From assembly GCA_002305205.1 (NCBI GenBank), contig DBQJ01000021.1, forward strand, positions 6,448 through 64,438: a DNA stretch of 57,991 bases, written 5' to 3'. This stretch comes from a candidate division WWE3 bacterium UBA1397 (lineage in GTDB: Bacteria > Patescibacteriota > WWE3 > UBA101185 > UBA10185). This document shows positions 1 through 10,409 of this stretch, in pieces. The position numbers and the translations under genes were made by a program. Each line of letters opens with the position of its first letter. Positions within the stretch are counted from its first letter, which is position 1. The notes below the pieces were generated by a model. It was not told the origin of the DNA and did no database searches. It saw nothing but the letters and a program-made list of their open reading frames with translations.

Positions 1-155
1 GCTAATATACATCCATTTGGTGTTTTATAAGCAGCTACGGCAATAGGCTTCCCTCTTAACTGGGGGTTTGCCTGTTGCTCTATAGTGGCAAAGCATGAAT
101 TTAAATCTATATGCATTATTGTCGGTATCTTCGGGTTGAACCCGATATTATTCAT
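1..155 (-). CDS. dinB: Y-family DNA polymerase IV, N-terminus (truncated by window edge)
   Basis: Manual translation [43 protein letters not shown] matches the DinB HIDxxxFFAsVE...P.LrGKPvaV motif. Confidence 0.9.
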   Translation of the reverse strand, partial: MNNIGFNPKIPTIMHIDLNSCFATIEQQANPQLRGKPIAVAAYKTPNGCIL

Positions 156-415
156 GAACATATTTGGTCATCTCCAATCTGTTCTAAAGACCAGAATAAA
201 TTATCCGTGTTAAGAACCAGTTTAAAAAACAGATTCTCCGTTACAGCGGTGAATATATGAAATAGAGTTTTACCTTTTCTGAAAGAGTAATGAAGCCCTA
301 TCTTTTTAATGTGGTAGTTTCTTCCTTCCCAAAGGAGGGATATTGGAAAAGATGTGTTTTTCCTATGGTCATAATATAAGCTGACACTAATTGGGGTTTT
401 TATGTCCTGTATCAT
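152..415 (-). CDS. Small hypothetical protein translationally coupled to dinB
   Basis: 87 aa ORF whose stop overlaps the dinB ATG (ATGA). Confidence 0.7.
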   Translation of the reverse strand: MIQDIKTPISVSLYYDHRKNTSFPISLLWEGRNYHIKKIGLHYSFRKGKTLFHIFTAVTENLFFKLVLNTDNLFWSLEQIGDDQICS

Positions 416-424
416 TTAAAATAC

Positions 425-440
425 CCGAAGGAAATACGAA
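425..440 (-). promoter_or_regulatory. Candidate SOS/LexA-type operator TTCGT-N6-TTCGG
   Basis: Direct repeat just upstream of the dinB operon; the same motif lies upstream of the SRAP gene (7583-7598). Confidence 0.5.
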
Positions 441-510
441 TATAATATCTTATATAATAGTCAGGGATTTTAATCAATGGGTATTTGTTAAATTCCGTGA
501 AAATGATAGC

Positions 511-1458
511 ATGAAAATTATGAAAACTATCATAGTAACGGGAGGCGCGGGGTTTTTAGGAAGTCATTTATGCGAATATCTATTGGAAAAAGGAGACAAA
601 GTCATTTGTTTAGATAATCTTTTCACAGGAAGCAAGGAAAATATTCACCACCTTTTATCCAATCCTAATTTCAGTTTTATAAACCATGATATTATAGACC
701 AGCTTTATCTTGATAATATAATAATTGATCAAATATATAACTTAGCTTGCCCCGCATCACCTATCCATTATCAGATTAACCCCGTAAGAACTATAAAAGC
801 CAATACAATTGGAGTAATTAATATTCTTGGTTTAGCAAAGAAACATAAAGCCAGGATTCTTCAAGCTTCAACCTCTGAGGTTTACGGAGACCCCCTAGTT
901 CATCCCCAGACGGAAGATTACAGGGGAAATGTAAATACAATAGGACCGAGAGCTTGCTATGATGAAGGTAAAAGAGTATCCGAAACTTTATTTTTTGATT
1001 ATCACCGTCAGCATAAATTGGAGATACGTATAATAAGAATATTTAATACCTACGGTCCTAGAATGGCTTTAGATGATGGAAGAGTAGTATCAAATTTCAT
1101 TCTCCAGGCATTAAAAGGAGAACCGATTACCATATACGGAGATGGTAAACAGACCAGATCTTTTTGTTACGTAGAGGACATGATCGGAGGAATTTATCTT
1201 CTCATGAACAAGGATAATTTTACGGGTCCCGTTAACGTTGGAAATCCAAATGAAATAAATTTACTTGATTTAGCTAATAGAATCATTGAATATACGGAAT
1301 CAAAATCCAAACTGGTATTTAAAGATCTTCCGGAGGATGATCCCAAACAAAGAAGACCTGATATTTCTCTTGCAAAAAAGGAACTAGGCTGGGAGCCAAA
1401 AACACATCTGGAAGAAGGTTTAAAGAAAACCATAGAATACTTTAGGACTAAAGTCTAA
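511..1458 (+). CDS. UDP-glucuronate decarboxylase (UXS-like SDR)
   Basis: [27 protein letters not shown] and YDEGKR motifs; start probably ATG 511 or 520. Confidence 0.93.
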   Translation: MKIMKTIIVTGGAGFLGSHLCEYLLEKGDKVICLDNLFTGSKENIHHLLSNPNFSFINHDIIDQLYLDNIIIDQIYNLACPASPIHYQINPVRTIKANTIGVINILGLAKKHKARILQASTSEVYGDPLVHPQTEDYRGNVNTIGPRACYDEGKRVSETLFFDYHRQHKLEIRIIRIFNTYGPRMALDDGRVVSNFILQALKGEPITIYGDGKQTRSFCYVEDMIGGIYLLMNKDNFTGPVNVGNPNEINLLDLANRIIEYTESKSKLVFKDLPEDDPKQRRPDISLAKKELGWEPKTHLEEGLKKTIEYFRTKV

Positions 1459-1483
1459 ATATATTTCTGGCCCCTCAGTACCG

Positions 1484-1732
1484 TTATTTTCTGTACGCTT
1501 CAAAAGCAGCAGCTGCATCAGGATTAATTTCTTGAAGTAGTTCAATAACCTTACTTCTGATTAATATTCCATCTACAACACCGTCTTGAGCTACTTCATC
1601 AAGCCACGATTCAATTTCATTAGCAATCTTAATTCCCTCGTCTTCAGTACCCCCGGATTTGATTACAGCCTCCTCTATCTTTTTGGGATCAAAATCCTGA
1701 ACCTCACCGTTTTTCTTTAACACCTTATACAT
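1484..1732 (-). CDS. Stand-alone ATP-cone domain protein
   Basis: VLKKNGEVQDFDPKKIEEAV ... A..F..Y signature. Confidence 0.8.
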   Translation of the reverse strand: MYKVLKKNGEVQDFDPKKIEEAVIKSGGTEDEGIKIANEIESWLDEVAQDGVVDGILIRSKVIELLQEINPDAAAAFEAYRK

Positions 1733-1805
1733 AGAAAATACACCCCCTTAGTTTATTTAATTGAAATAAATTAATTACTTTTTTCCTTAATATAAGTTAG
1801 TTGTA

Positions 1806-2183
1806 TTAATTACCTTTAGGTAAGTTTTCACAAGCAATACCATCCGCATCCCCATCCAATTTGTTGATATCATATCCGGCACCCCCGCATTTATCCAATA
1901 CTTCCTGAGCTTCGGGTTGCAGCTTAAAGCTGGCGCAGTTATAAATATCTTCTTTACAGCTTTCAAGAAGAAAATTTCCATTTGCATCCCTTTTTATTTT
2001 TGCCTCTTCCATACTTTGACCGGACATTATCTTTCCCAAATCCCAGTCATTATTTGTTAACTCCAATCCAAAAGCAGCTGCCAATAACACTAACAAACCT
2101 CCGAATAGAGGTTTAAGGAATTTTTTCTTTCCTTCGCTTGCGTCAGCTAAAGGTTTAAATTTAGGAATATTTAATTCTGCCAT
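1806..2183 (-). CDS. Membrane-anchored Excalibur calcium-binding domain protein
   Basis: TM helix plus NC..F...EAQ...LDGDADGIACE. Confidence 0.8.
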   Translation of the reverse strand: MAELNIPKFKPLADASEGKKKFLKPLFGGLLVLLAAAFGLELTNNDWDLGKIMSGQSMEEAKIKRDANGNFLLESCKEDIYNCASFKLQPEAQEVLDKCGGAGYDINKLDGDADGIACENLPKGN

Positions 2184-2353
2184 ATACCTCCTTAAGAAAC
2201 GGAATAAAATAAATAAGCAACTACAAGAATAAGGAAGATTATTAGCAGAAGACGAAGAACTTTATTTCCTCTCATACGTTCCATATTGCTAACCATGAGT
2301 AAATCATAACACTTTATTTATATATGTATCAATATATGATGTAAAATATTAGT

Positions 2354-3163
2354 ATGAAAAAATTAAGTCAAGAACAAAAAGATAAAATAAAAGCAGGATT
2401 AGAATTGTTATGTGAGGAGAATACCACCTTGGATAAATTGCAAAAGCTTTCCGAATTAATCAAGGATACAAGTGCTCTGGCGGACAAGAAGATAAAACAG
2501 GTATTAGATATTGCTGATAGAGTTAGAAAAATACAGGAAGGGGATGTTATTTATCTTTCTCTGGAAAATCTTTCTGAGGATACTCCTAAGAAAAAAGATA
2601 GGAAGAAGCTCCTTCTTCTATTATTAAAAAATTGGAAGGATTTACAATCCGAGATTGAAAGAATACATCGAATACAAGAAACAGCTGCAGTATCAGGATT
2701 AACAAGTAAGGATAGTGTAGTAAAGACAGGTAAGACCTTACTAACCATGAAAGGACCTTTGGGAGCGGTTACCATTATTGCTGCTGGAATAGTGGCATTA
2801 ACTACATTTTTAAATAATAAAGCTGTAAATATTGAAGTTAAGAATTATGGATGTTCTCCTATCAGTACACATATGCAGAAGGATATAAATATACCGGGGT
2901 TAAAACTTCCTTCAGAAGATATAATTTCAGGAGAGCGGGGTCAGATTACAATACCCGGTATAGATATTAGCGTAGATTTGACTAAGAAGGGTGGCGCTAA
3001 AATAAAAGCTTTAAATTTTTCAAAAGAGTTTAATTATTCAGGAGAAATTAAGGACATAATTTATGATGGTAAATCTTTGATGGGAAAGAATAATATAATA
3101 AAATTGGGAGAGTCCAAAGACCACGAGTTAATAATTAATTGTGGCAGCAATATTAAAGGGTAG
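2354..3163 (+). CDS. Hypothetical single-pass membrane protein
   Basis: 269 aa ORF with a central hydrophobic segment. Confidence 0.65.
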   Translation: MKKLSQEQKDKIKAGLELLCEENTTLDKLQKLSELIKDTSALADKKIKQVLDIADRVRKIQEGDVIYLSLENLSEDTPKKKDRKKLLLLLLKNWKDLQSEIERIHRIQETAAVSGLTSKDSVVKTGKTLLTMKGPLGAVTIIAAGIVALTTFLNNKAVNIEVKNYGCSPISTHMQKDINIPGLKLPSEDIISGERGQITIPGIDISVDLTKKGGAKIKALNFSKEFNYSGEIKDIIYDGKSLMGKNNIIKLGESKDHELIINCGSNIKG

Positions 3164-3194
3164 TAGATAATGTTTTAGATTAAAAATTTATTGA

Positions 3195-3545
3195 TTGGGT
3201 AGATCGACTGAGGTCTTTCTACGTGATATCATCTATTTTATGCTGGATAGATTAATTGAACTTTTAGATCCGTGGGTTATCTTTGGTTTCTCAGCTCAGT
3301 TTGTATTTTTTCTAAGATTTGCAGTTCAGTGGTGGGTTTCAGAAAAGAAAAAAGAGAGTGTTATTCCCGTATCTTTCTGGTATTTAAGTATTGTTGGTAC
3401 ATTAATGATTCTTGTTTATTCCATAAAACGCAGGGATATAGTTTTTATAGCAGCTTCATGTCTTAATTCATTAATATATATAAGAAATCTTATCTTAATA
3501 TTCAGGAAGAAAGAGAAAGATAGAGCAGAAAGCAGTAATATATAA
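3195..3545 (+). CDS. Lipid-A-disaccharide synthase N-terminal (LAB_N) domain membrane protein
   Basis: GFSAQFVFFLRFAVQWWVSEKKKESVIPVSFWYLS motif; true start may be ATG 3240. Confidence 0.85.
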   Translation: MGRSTEVFLRDIIYFMLDRLIELLDPWVIFGFSAQFVFFLRFAVQWWVSEKKKESVIPVSFWYLSIVGTLMILVYSIKRRDIVFIAASCLNSLIYIRNLILIFRKKEKDRAESSNI

Positions 3546-3573
3546 ATATTCTGATTATTTTCAAATTAAATCT

Positions 3574-4281
3574 ATGATTAAAAGATACAGAAAGGATTCG
3601 GATATTTCTTATTCCCTGGGAATATCTCCTACTATAGAGCTTCTCAGAAATAGATCGATGGAAACAATAAAAGTGTATCTATCACCGGACGTTTCTGAAG
3701 ACAGCAAAGGAGTATCAGAGATAAAGAATATATGCCGTGAAAAAGGCATTTCCTGGGAAATTAATAAATCAGTCATGGATAGAATTTCAGTTACCGGCAA
3801 TACATATACTGCCGGAGTTTATAAGAAGTATACTTCTGATTTAGATCCTATGGGTAATCATATTGTATTGTTTGAACCTGCAGATATGGGTAATTTAGGT
3901 ACTATATGCAGAACTATGTATGCCTATGGATTTAAAGAATTGGCAATTATTAAACCTGCTGTAGATATATTTGATCCTAAAGTTGGAAGATCTTCTATGG
4001 GGGCTGTATATACGGTAAATTATAATTACTTTAATTCAATAGATGAGTATATCTCATTGTATAAACACACTAATTATTTCTTTGTTACTGATGGAGATAG
4101 TATTTTATCTAAAACTAATTTTAACAACCCTTATTCAATATTTTTTGGAAACGAAGGTAAGGGATTGCCCGCAGACGTCACAGATAAAGGAAAGCGTGTG
4201 AGAATACCACAGAGTTCATATGTTGATTCTTTAAATTTATCTGTTGCTGTTGGAATAGCACTCTATCAAATAAATCAGTAG
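3574..4281 (+). CDS. TrmH/SpoU family RNA methyltransferase
   Basis: DMGNLGTICRT, FGNEGKGL and DSLNLSVAVGIALY motifs. Confidence 0.9.
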   Translation: MIKRYRKDSDISYSLGISPTIELLRNRSMETIKVYLSPDVSEDSKGVSEIKNICREKGISWEINKSVMDRISVTGNTYTAGVYKKYTSDLDPMGNHIVLFEPADMGNLGTICRTMYAYGFKELAIIKPAVDIFDPKVGRSSMGAVYTVNYNYFNSIDEYISLYKHTNYFFVTDGDSILSKTNFNNPYSIFFGNEGKGLPADVTDKGKRVRIPQSSYVDSLNLSVAVGIALYQINQ

Positions 4282-4333
4282 TTTCTATCTTCAGTAAATA
4301 GACCTTATTGAAGATATATGTTAATAATTAATA

Positions 4334-5278
4334 ATGGAAATGTTCTTAAAGATTATCCTATATGTCTTTTCCTTTATTGTCCTTTGGTATGCTTCTGATT
4401 TGATTATTTCTTCAGTTGATAAGATGTCAAAATCAATAAAAATGTCACGCTTCGCCCTCTCCTTTTTTATTCTGGGAATGCTAACCTCCATGCCTGAAAT
4501 TGGTGTAGGAATAACTTCAATTATTGAGAATGACCCGCAGATATTCGTCGGAAATCTATTAGGCGGTGTTGTTGTCATATTCTTATTTATTATTCCTATG
4601 CTTGCAATATTTGGTAATGGGATAAATCTGACTAATAGAATGGACCCCGGAGCATTGTTTATGTCCCTCATTATTTGTGTAGCACCATCCTTTTTAGTAG
4701 CCGATAGAAAAATTGGTATATTTGAAGCTATTTTAATGATTCTCCTATATTTGATTACTTTTTACATTGTCCAAAGAAAACAAAACCTGGTTGAGAGCTT
4801 TGAATCAGCAGTAAAGAAAAACGGTAAACATAATTTAGTATCTTTTTTAAGAATATTGATAGGTTTGGTATTAATATTCTTTGTCAGTGATTTCATTGTT
4901 GAAAGAACAATGGAATTTTCAGAAATATTAAAAATATCTCCCTTTGTAATTAGTGTGGTGGTGCTATCCATAGGAACTAATTTACCCGAACTATTTATTG
5001 CTGTAAGGAGTTTAAAATCAAACAATAAGGATATTGCATTTGGAGACTATATCGGTTCTGCTACTGCCAACACTCTTATATTTGGAGTAATGGTTATGAT
5101 AAACGGAGGGGCTATAATCATTCCTAATCATTTCATCCAGAGATTTATATTTATATTTATTGGTCTTATTCTTTTCTATTTCTTTGCCCGATCAAAAAAC
5201 AGATTATCCAGAAAGGAAGCAGTTATTCTGCTTCTGTTATACCTATGTTTTATTGGTGTGGAATTAATCCTTAGTTAA
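4334..5278 (+). CDS. Na+/Ca2+ (CaCA) antiporter
   Basis: Alpha repeats TSMPE and GTNLPE; about 10 TM helices. Confidence 0.88.
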   Translation: MEMFLKIILYVFSFIVLWYASDLIISSVDKMSKSIKMSRFALSFFILGMLTSMPEIGVGITSIIENDPQIFVGNLLGGVVVIFLFIIPMLAIFGNGINLTNRMDPGALFMSLIICVAPSFLVADRKIGIFEAILMILLYLITFYIVQRKQNLVESFESAVKKNGKHNLVSFLRILIGLVLIFFVSDFIVERTMEFSEILKISPFVISVVVLSIGTNLPELFIAVRSLKSNNKDIAFGDYIGSATANTLIFGVMVMINGGAIIIPNHFIQRFIFIFIGLILFYFFARSKNRLSRKEAVILLLLYLCFIGVELILS

Positions 5279-5281
5279 TAT

Positions 5282-5449
5282 TTAATTTATTCCCAGTATT
5301 ATTGTTATCTTATTCTCTTCCGTTTCAATTATTTCTTTCTCAATATCCTTTGTATATCTGAACGACAGTGATACTACCCCAAGGATGATAAAAGAAAGAC
5401 CGTAAAAGAAATATATATACTCTATCTCATTTGTTAGTAAATCGGGCAT
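5282..5449 (-). CDS. Possible small membrane protein (55 aa)
   Basis: Manual ORF MPDLLTNEIEYIYFFYGLSFIILGVVSLSF... fills the intergenic gap. Confidence 0.35.
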   Translation of the reverse strand: MPDLLTNEIEYIYFFYGLSFIILGVVSLSFRYTKDIEKEIIETEENKITIILGIN

Positions 5450-5513
5450 TGTTCTAATTATACAGCAGGTATCTATGAAGATATTAATTTTTTAAAAATG
5501 TTAGAATCTTTTT

Positions 5514-6941
5514 ATGAAGATTGCTATATTTGCATCTTTCTCCCAGGGAAAGGGAGGGGGTGTGGGCAGAGTAACACACGAGTTAGCCGAAGCTATGTCC
5601 AGTAAAGGTCATAGTGTGTTGTTAGTTCAGCCGGGCAGGAAGACGGTAATTGAGCAGACAAATAATTTGAAGAAGCTATACATAAAAAGTATCGGTAATG
5701 GAGATATAGATCTTCCTTTGTTAACGATAAAGAATATTAAAACTGTATTCAAAGCTTTGGATGATTTATCCCCTGATATTGTTCATGTTCATGATCAAGG
5801 TTCTCTTCCGATGCTGGGTTTAGGGTGGGCTAAAAGCACCCGCACCCCATTTATAATGACAATACACATCCTCGCTACAAAAATAACTGATTTTGGAATG
5901 AGTGATGTATTCAAGAAATTAAAGTTTATGGTTACTCCTAAGATAGCTCTTTTATACTCAAATACTGTTTATAAAAATACGGATGCATTTATTGTATTAA
6001 ACGATGCTGCTGAGAAAGAAATGGCAAAAGTTGGATATTCGGACAACGTATATAAAATACCAAATGGTAGAAATATAAAGGTATTCAATCAATGCAGCAT
6101 ACCCGATGTTGAGAAAAAGGATAAAACACTAATATTCACAGGCCACTTAACTGCTAGGAAAAACCAGGATTATTTAATAGATGTGATGAAATACCTTCCT
6201 GACAATTACAATTTACTTTTGGTAGGAAAGCATCTGGATGAAGATTATTTATCTCAGATGAAGTTAAAAATAGAGAATAATCTTAGAGAATCATCAAATC
6301 GATGCGGAAAAGTATCTATTATGGGTGAAGTTGGATTCTCTAAAATACCTAAAGTATTGGAAAAGAGCCATTTATTTGTATCAGCATCAAAGATGGAGGT
6401 TCAAAGTTTAGCTGTTATCGAAGCATTAGCATCAGGAAAACCGGTGGTTGGTTTATCCAATGAAACGATAGATGAGCTTATTGATGATTCAGTAGGAAAA
6501 AGACTTGATAAAGATACAAGACCGAAGGAATTTGCTCACGAAGTGGAGAGAATATTAAATCTACCCAAAGACAAGTATCTAAATATGTGCGCAAATTGTA
6601 GGGAGAGGGTATCTAATTTGGACTGGAGTGTAATAGTAGATAGAACAGTTGAACTATATTCCTCTCTGTTAAGGGAAAAGGATAATACCAAGAATAAGGA
6701 TAGATGGGAAATATTAAAAGATATATTTCCAAAGGATTTAAATTCTGAAGTAGATATAAAAGTTATATCCAAATCAGTTGCTTTATTCTTTAAGGGTCAT
6801 AGAGTAGGGTTAAAGTGGAGGAGGTTTGTAGTAGGTTCTTTTATCGGGACAGCAATAATAATTATGTTATTCTTTGCCGAGCAGGGGGTAGAAAAGATAG
6901 ATAACCGTTTATCAAAATTTTTTGAAATATTAGATAGTTAA
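5514..6941 (+). CDS. GT4 family glycosyltransferase with C-terminal TM
   Basis: GGGVG N-terminal loop, RKNQ and EVQSLAVIEALASGKPVV motifs. Confidence 0.9.
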   Translation: MKIAIFASFSQGKGGGVGRVTHELAEAMSSKGHSVLLVQPGRKTVIEQTNNLKKLYIKSIGNGDIDLPLLTIKNIKTVFKALDDLSPDIVHVHDQGSLPMLGLGWAKSTRTPFIMTIHILATKITDFGMSDVFKKLKFMVTPKIALLYSNTVYKNTDAFIVLNDAAEKEMAKVGYSDNVYKIPNGRNIKVFNQCSIPDVEKKDKTLIFTGHLTARKNQDYLIDVMKYLPDNYNLLLVGKHLDEDYLSQMKLKIENNLRESSNRCGKVSIMGEVGFSKIPKVLEKSHLFVSASKMEVQSLAVIEALASGKPVVGLSNETIDELIDDSVGKRLDKDTRPKEFAHEVERILNLPKDKYLNMCANCRERVSNLDWSVIVDRTVELYSSLLREKDNTKNKDRWEILKDIFPKDLNSEVDIKVISKSVALFFKGHRVGLKWRRFVVGSFIGTAIIIMLFFAEQGVEKIDNRLSKFFEILDS

Positions 6942-6950
6942 TTACTTAGA

Positions 6951-7562
6951 TCAGAGTTTTTCTATTCTCATTTCGTCATTTGCGTATGATGATAGGGATG
7001 CTATTAATTCATTTTCTTTTGTATTTATATCCAGCCATTTATCTTCCTGATTTAAAGAGATGATTACGGGCATTCTCTCATGAATTTGTTCAACTATTCT
7101 ATTTGGTCTTGTTGTAATTATTGTATAAGAAAGGATAGTATTACCTTCATTATTTATCCACGATTCATATAATCCTGCAAAGGAAAATGTTTCTTGTGCG
7201 TTCAGTCTAATAAAATATGGTGTACTTTTCTTTCCTTCTTCTTTTTTCCACTCATAGAATCCCGAAGCAGGTACTAAACATCTTTTTTTCATGAAAGATC
7301 TTCTAAATGAAGGCTTTATATTTATACTTTCCGAACGGGCATTGATATTTTTAAAGCCGATCTTAGGATCTATTGCCCAAGATGGGATTAAACCCCATTT
7401 CATTAGATGAATTTCTTTCCCATCATTATTTATTACCACGGGGTGTATTGATCCGGGAAGGCATAGATAATTTGGTTCAAGTTTTGGCGTGTCTTTCAAA
7501 GATGTTTTTATAGAGTATCTTTTATATAGATCACCGGTATTTAATAAATATTTACCGCACAT
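6951..7562 (-). CDS. SOS response-associated peptidase (SRAP/YedK family)
   Basis: N-terminal MCG, WGLIPSW, INARSE, GFYEW and IHERMPVI motifs. Confidence 0.93.
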   Translation of the reverse strand: MCGKYLLNTGDLYKRYSIKTSLKDTPKLEPNYLCLPGSIHPVVINNDGKEIHLMKWGLIPSWAIDPKIGFKNINARSESINIKPSFRRSFMKKRCLVPASGFYEWKKEEGKKSTPYFIRLNAQETFSFAGLYESWINNEGNTILSYTIITTRPNRIVEQIHERMPVIISLNQEDKWLDINTKENELIASLSSYANDEMRIEKL

Positions 7563-7582
7563 ATTTGGATTGTATCAAATAT

Positions 7583-7598
7583 ACGAATAAATACCGAA
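7583..7598 (-). promoter_or_regulatory. Candidate SOS/LexA-type operator TTCGG-N6-TTCGT
   Basis: Direct repeat upstream of SRAP, matching the site at 425-440. Confidence 0.5.
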
Positions 7599-7623
7599 TA
7601 CGAAACTGGGATAAATTGAGATA

Positions 7624-8262
7624 TTATTGTTTAGCAGCTTTTATTAATAAAAGCATTCCCAATAAAAAGCTTTTTTTCTCCAGTATTTTAAAATTATGTT
7701 TTTCCAATAATATCGGTAAAGATTTACTGGAGAATGTATGCAAATGGGCATGTTTCCAAACCTTTCCTTTGGATGAGGTCCACAGGAACCATATTATTCT
7801 AAATAAAATACTATTTGATGGTACTAAAACAATAAATATTCCTTGAGGAGATAAAACTCTTGATACCTCTTTTAGTATTTGATCAATATCAACACAATGT
7901 TCTAAGGATTCAATTGAATAAACAGCGCTGAATGTAGAGTTTTCAAAGGGTAGGGTATGAGCATCGGCCGTAATGAATTTTAGATAATCATTTCCCCTTA
8001 TTTTATTTGCATAATCCACGGAATCTTCTAAAACATCAATTCCTATTATATATGGGCATTGGGTGTATTTTTTGATTTTCTCTGTGAATAGACCATCAGA
8101 AGAACCGATATCTAATATTTTCCCATCTATTTTTTGTGATATTTTTTCAACTTCTTTAAATCTTCTACTATGCCAGAATCTTTGAAGGAGGTTTGTTCTT
8201 ATTGATTTATCATAATATCCGGGGGGAACGTAATCATAAATGTGTTTTTTATAATCTTGCAT
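7624..8262 (-). CDS. Class I SAM-dependent methyltransferase
   Basis: ILDIGSSDG, DAHTLPF and LEH motifs. Confidence 0.88.
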   Translation of the reverse strand: MQDYKKHIYDYVPPGYYDKSIRTNLLQRFWHSRRFKEVEKISQKIDGKILDIGSSDGLFTEKIKKYTQCPYIIGIDVLEDSVDYANKIRGNDYLKFITADAHTLPFENSTFSAVYSIESLEHCVDIDQILKEVSRVLSPQGIFIVLVPSNSILFRIIWFLWTSSKGKVWKHAHLHTFSSKSLPILLEKHNFKILEKKSFLLGMLLLIKAAKQ

Positions 8263-8402
8263 ATATGTTTATTTTAAAATAGGAATATACATTTATAACA
8301 TAATGTTAGGCAGTATTACTAATAATTAAGTTTGATATTTATACACACATATATATCTATCTATTAAGATTGATTTAGATGCAAAATAGGGTAGGAATTA
8401 AT

Positions 8403-8678
8403 CTACAGAGATATTACTTCATCTCCCTCTCTAACCTTTTCCGTAACTTTAATTCCGATCTCCTGGCCTTTTTTAGCTTGGGAAATATTTTTATGATCTA
8501 CTTGCATTTCATTTACTTCCTGTTCAAAGCTTGAGATCTTTCCTTTTATTCTTATTCTATCTCCAATTTTCAAATCTCCGTTTAGTTTTATTATCCCTAC
8601 ATTTATATGATCAAAATAATGGGTTATTACCCCTATTTTCTTTTCTGTCATCTTATCTTTAACACCTCCTTTGTACAT
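8403..8678 (-). CDS. Small translation-factor-like beta-barrel protein
   Basis: IGVITHYFDHINVGIIKL...LKIGD...A..G.EIGIKV pattern. Confidence 0.7.
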   Translation of the reverse strand: MYKGGVKDKMTEKKIGVITHYFDHINVGIIKLNGDLKIGDRIRIKGKISSFEQEVNEMQVDHKNISQAKKGQEIGIKVTEKVREGDEVISL

Positions 8679-8775
8679 AACTTATATTTTATTCATTATA
8701 ACAAGAATAAAACGGTCAATATAATGATTGAGAATTTCTATCCCATTGTTGGTTAAAGTACTATAATCATGGTAT

Positions 8776-9096
8776 ATGAAAGGTGCTGTATTTGTAATCT
8801 TTCTTCCATTTATTCTTCCTATCATTGTTGTAGGAGTATTCATTATTAGAATTATACTGAAGGGAAGAAAGGAATCATGGAGAGGGGAAGTATTAAATAA
8901 ATCATATAATTCAAAAAAGGGTAGTTTTGAGGATAGTAAGAAGATAGAGCATTTTTATACTCTAGAAGTAAAAATGGAAAAAGGAAATATCAGAAACATA
9001 GCTGTATCAAGTCAATTTTATGATGAATGTGAGATAGGGGACAAGATAGAGAAACCATCCGGAGTTCTTTATCCCAGGAAGATACCTTATATATAA
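8776..9096 (+). CDS. Hypothetical membrane-anchored protein
   Basis: 106 aa, N-terminal TM, upstream TATAAT. Confidence 0.65.
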   Translation: MKGAVFVIFLPFILPIIVVGVFIIRIILKGRKESWRGEVLNKSYNSKKGSFEDSKKIEHFYTLEVKMEKGNIRNIAVSSQFYDECEIGDKIEKPSGVLYPRKIPYI

Positions 9097-9112
9097 AAGT
9101 AGCTTTAGTGTG

Positions 9113-9436
9113 CTAGATCAATCCTGAAAAAAGAAGTATTAAAGATATTAATGTAATTACTCCGAATATACCTACGGTTCTAGTAAATAGATTTACAGCT
9201 TCTTTCTTATTCCCTTCAATAAAGAGTATTACAGGTTGATAGAAAAATAGGAAAGCCATTATCGCTACAGAAAGTGTAAGTACAAATAGCATAATTAAGG
9301 GGGCGCCGAAAGTGTCAGGTTTATTTCTAAAAGGCTGAGTTGCCAAATTCATTACTAAGACAACTAGAATTATGTAAGAAGAAGCAGCAAGTGCATTAAT
9401 AATAGGATTCCTAGACATAAGGTAATTATAGACCAA
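9113..9436 (-). CDS. Hypothetical 3-TM membrane protein
   Basis: Hydrophobic ORF. Confidence 0.65.
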   Translation of the reverse strand: MVYNYLMSRNPIINALAASSYIILVVLVMNLATQPFRNKPDTFGAPLIMLFVLTLSVAIMAFLFFYQPVILFIEGNKKEAVNLFTRTVGIFGVITLISLILLFSGLI

Positions 9437-9582
9437 TTAAATATATTATGCTGTATTAAGAAGATTTAATTTACAAGTACAGATAAATATTTTTTTATGG
9501 CTCAGAAATAGTAATATTAATGTAATTGGTTAAATTGTACGAATTTTTCAAGTTTTTGAATACTTTAGGTTAGTAATACAAA

Positions 9583-10266
9583 TTAAAGAGGAATACTTTC
9601 GAGTGGGAAAAAATATGGCATAATTTCCATCAGATCTCCAATTAGGTCTAATATTATGCTTCCAATAATTGCTGACCAAATATTCGCAATAAAAGAATAA
9701 ATTAGTATATTTTTCAACCTATTTTCTTTAAACATAAATTTAATAAGAATCGCTTCAAAAATGATTACTATTAACTCCATAACTAAGAGCGGAACATAGC
9801 CCCGCGTTGGTAGAAGAATAGTTGCTAAATAAAAAGTGGGTACAGAAAGTAAATTCGCTGTTAATAAGATACGCAAAGCTTTTTTAGTTCTAAAGCCAAA
9901 AAAAACGAGAAATATTGGTATTTCCAAAAGCAATGTAATTGGTGTTATTTGTAACAACACTTTTATATGGTAAATAATAAAATTATCTGACGACAGATCT
10001 TTAAAACAGAACTTTATATCTCCCCCAAAAGAACTTCCATCTTGTTCAAGAAATCTATATTTAGGATTATTCTCATATTCTGCGCATCCATTATAAGTTT
10101 TAGGGCCAAAAGGTTCCTCACTGCTATAACTACATTCAACCATCATTTCGCTGGGATGGCATTTTGCAATGAAATAGTTTGGATTTGGTACATCAGCAAG
10201 AACTATTTTCGGAATAAAAGCCAATGGAAGAAAAAAGAGGAAAATATTAAATAATAATTTTTTCAT
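9583..10266 (-). CDS. Hypothetical membrane protein with signal peptide and Cys-rich ectodomain
   Basis: Signal-like N-terminus and about 4 TM helices. Confidence 0.65.
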   Translation of the reverse strand: MKKLLFNIFLFFLPLAFIPKIVLADVPNPNYFIAKCHPSEMMVECSYSSEEPFGPKTYNGCAEYENNPKYRFLEQDGSSFGGDIKFCFKDLSSDNFIIYHIKVLLQITPITLLLEIPIFLVFFGFRTKKALRILLTANLLSVPTFYLATILLPTRGYVPLLVMELIVIIFEAILIKFMFKENRLKNILIYSFIANIWSAIIGSIILDLIGDLMEIMPYFFPLESIPL

Positions 10267-10305
10267 CGATCTCAGTGTATCATAACTCAGTTATATTAAG
10301 TACAG

Positions 10306-10351
10306 ATTGGCTCCCCATTGTTGTATTTATCCGAAGTTTAATACCCGTATT
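10306..10351 (+). repeat. att junction 1: displaced tRNA-Asn 3' end plus element A arm
   Basis: ATTGGCTCCCC also occurs at 33853; 46 bp match (2 mismatches) to 25649-25694. Confidence 0.9.
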
Positions 10352-10409
10352 TGCTTCCATCTAGCCTTTAGTGTTAATATGCTCATGTTAGTGAAAACCG
10401 AATACACCT

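Noticed and set aside
8776..10266. Extension of the island to the left
   Set aside because: Lies outside the att core and contains several GATC sites like host DNA.
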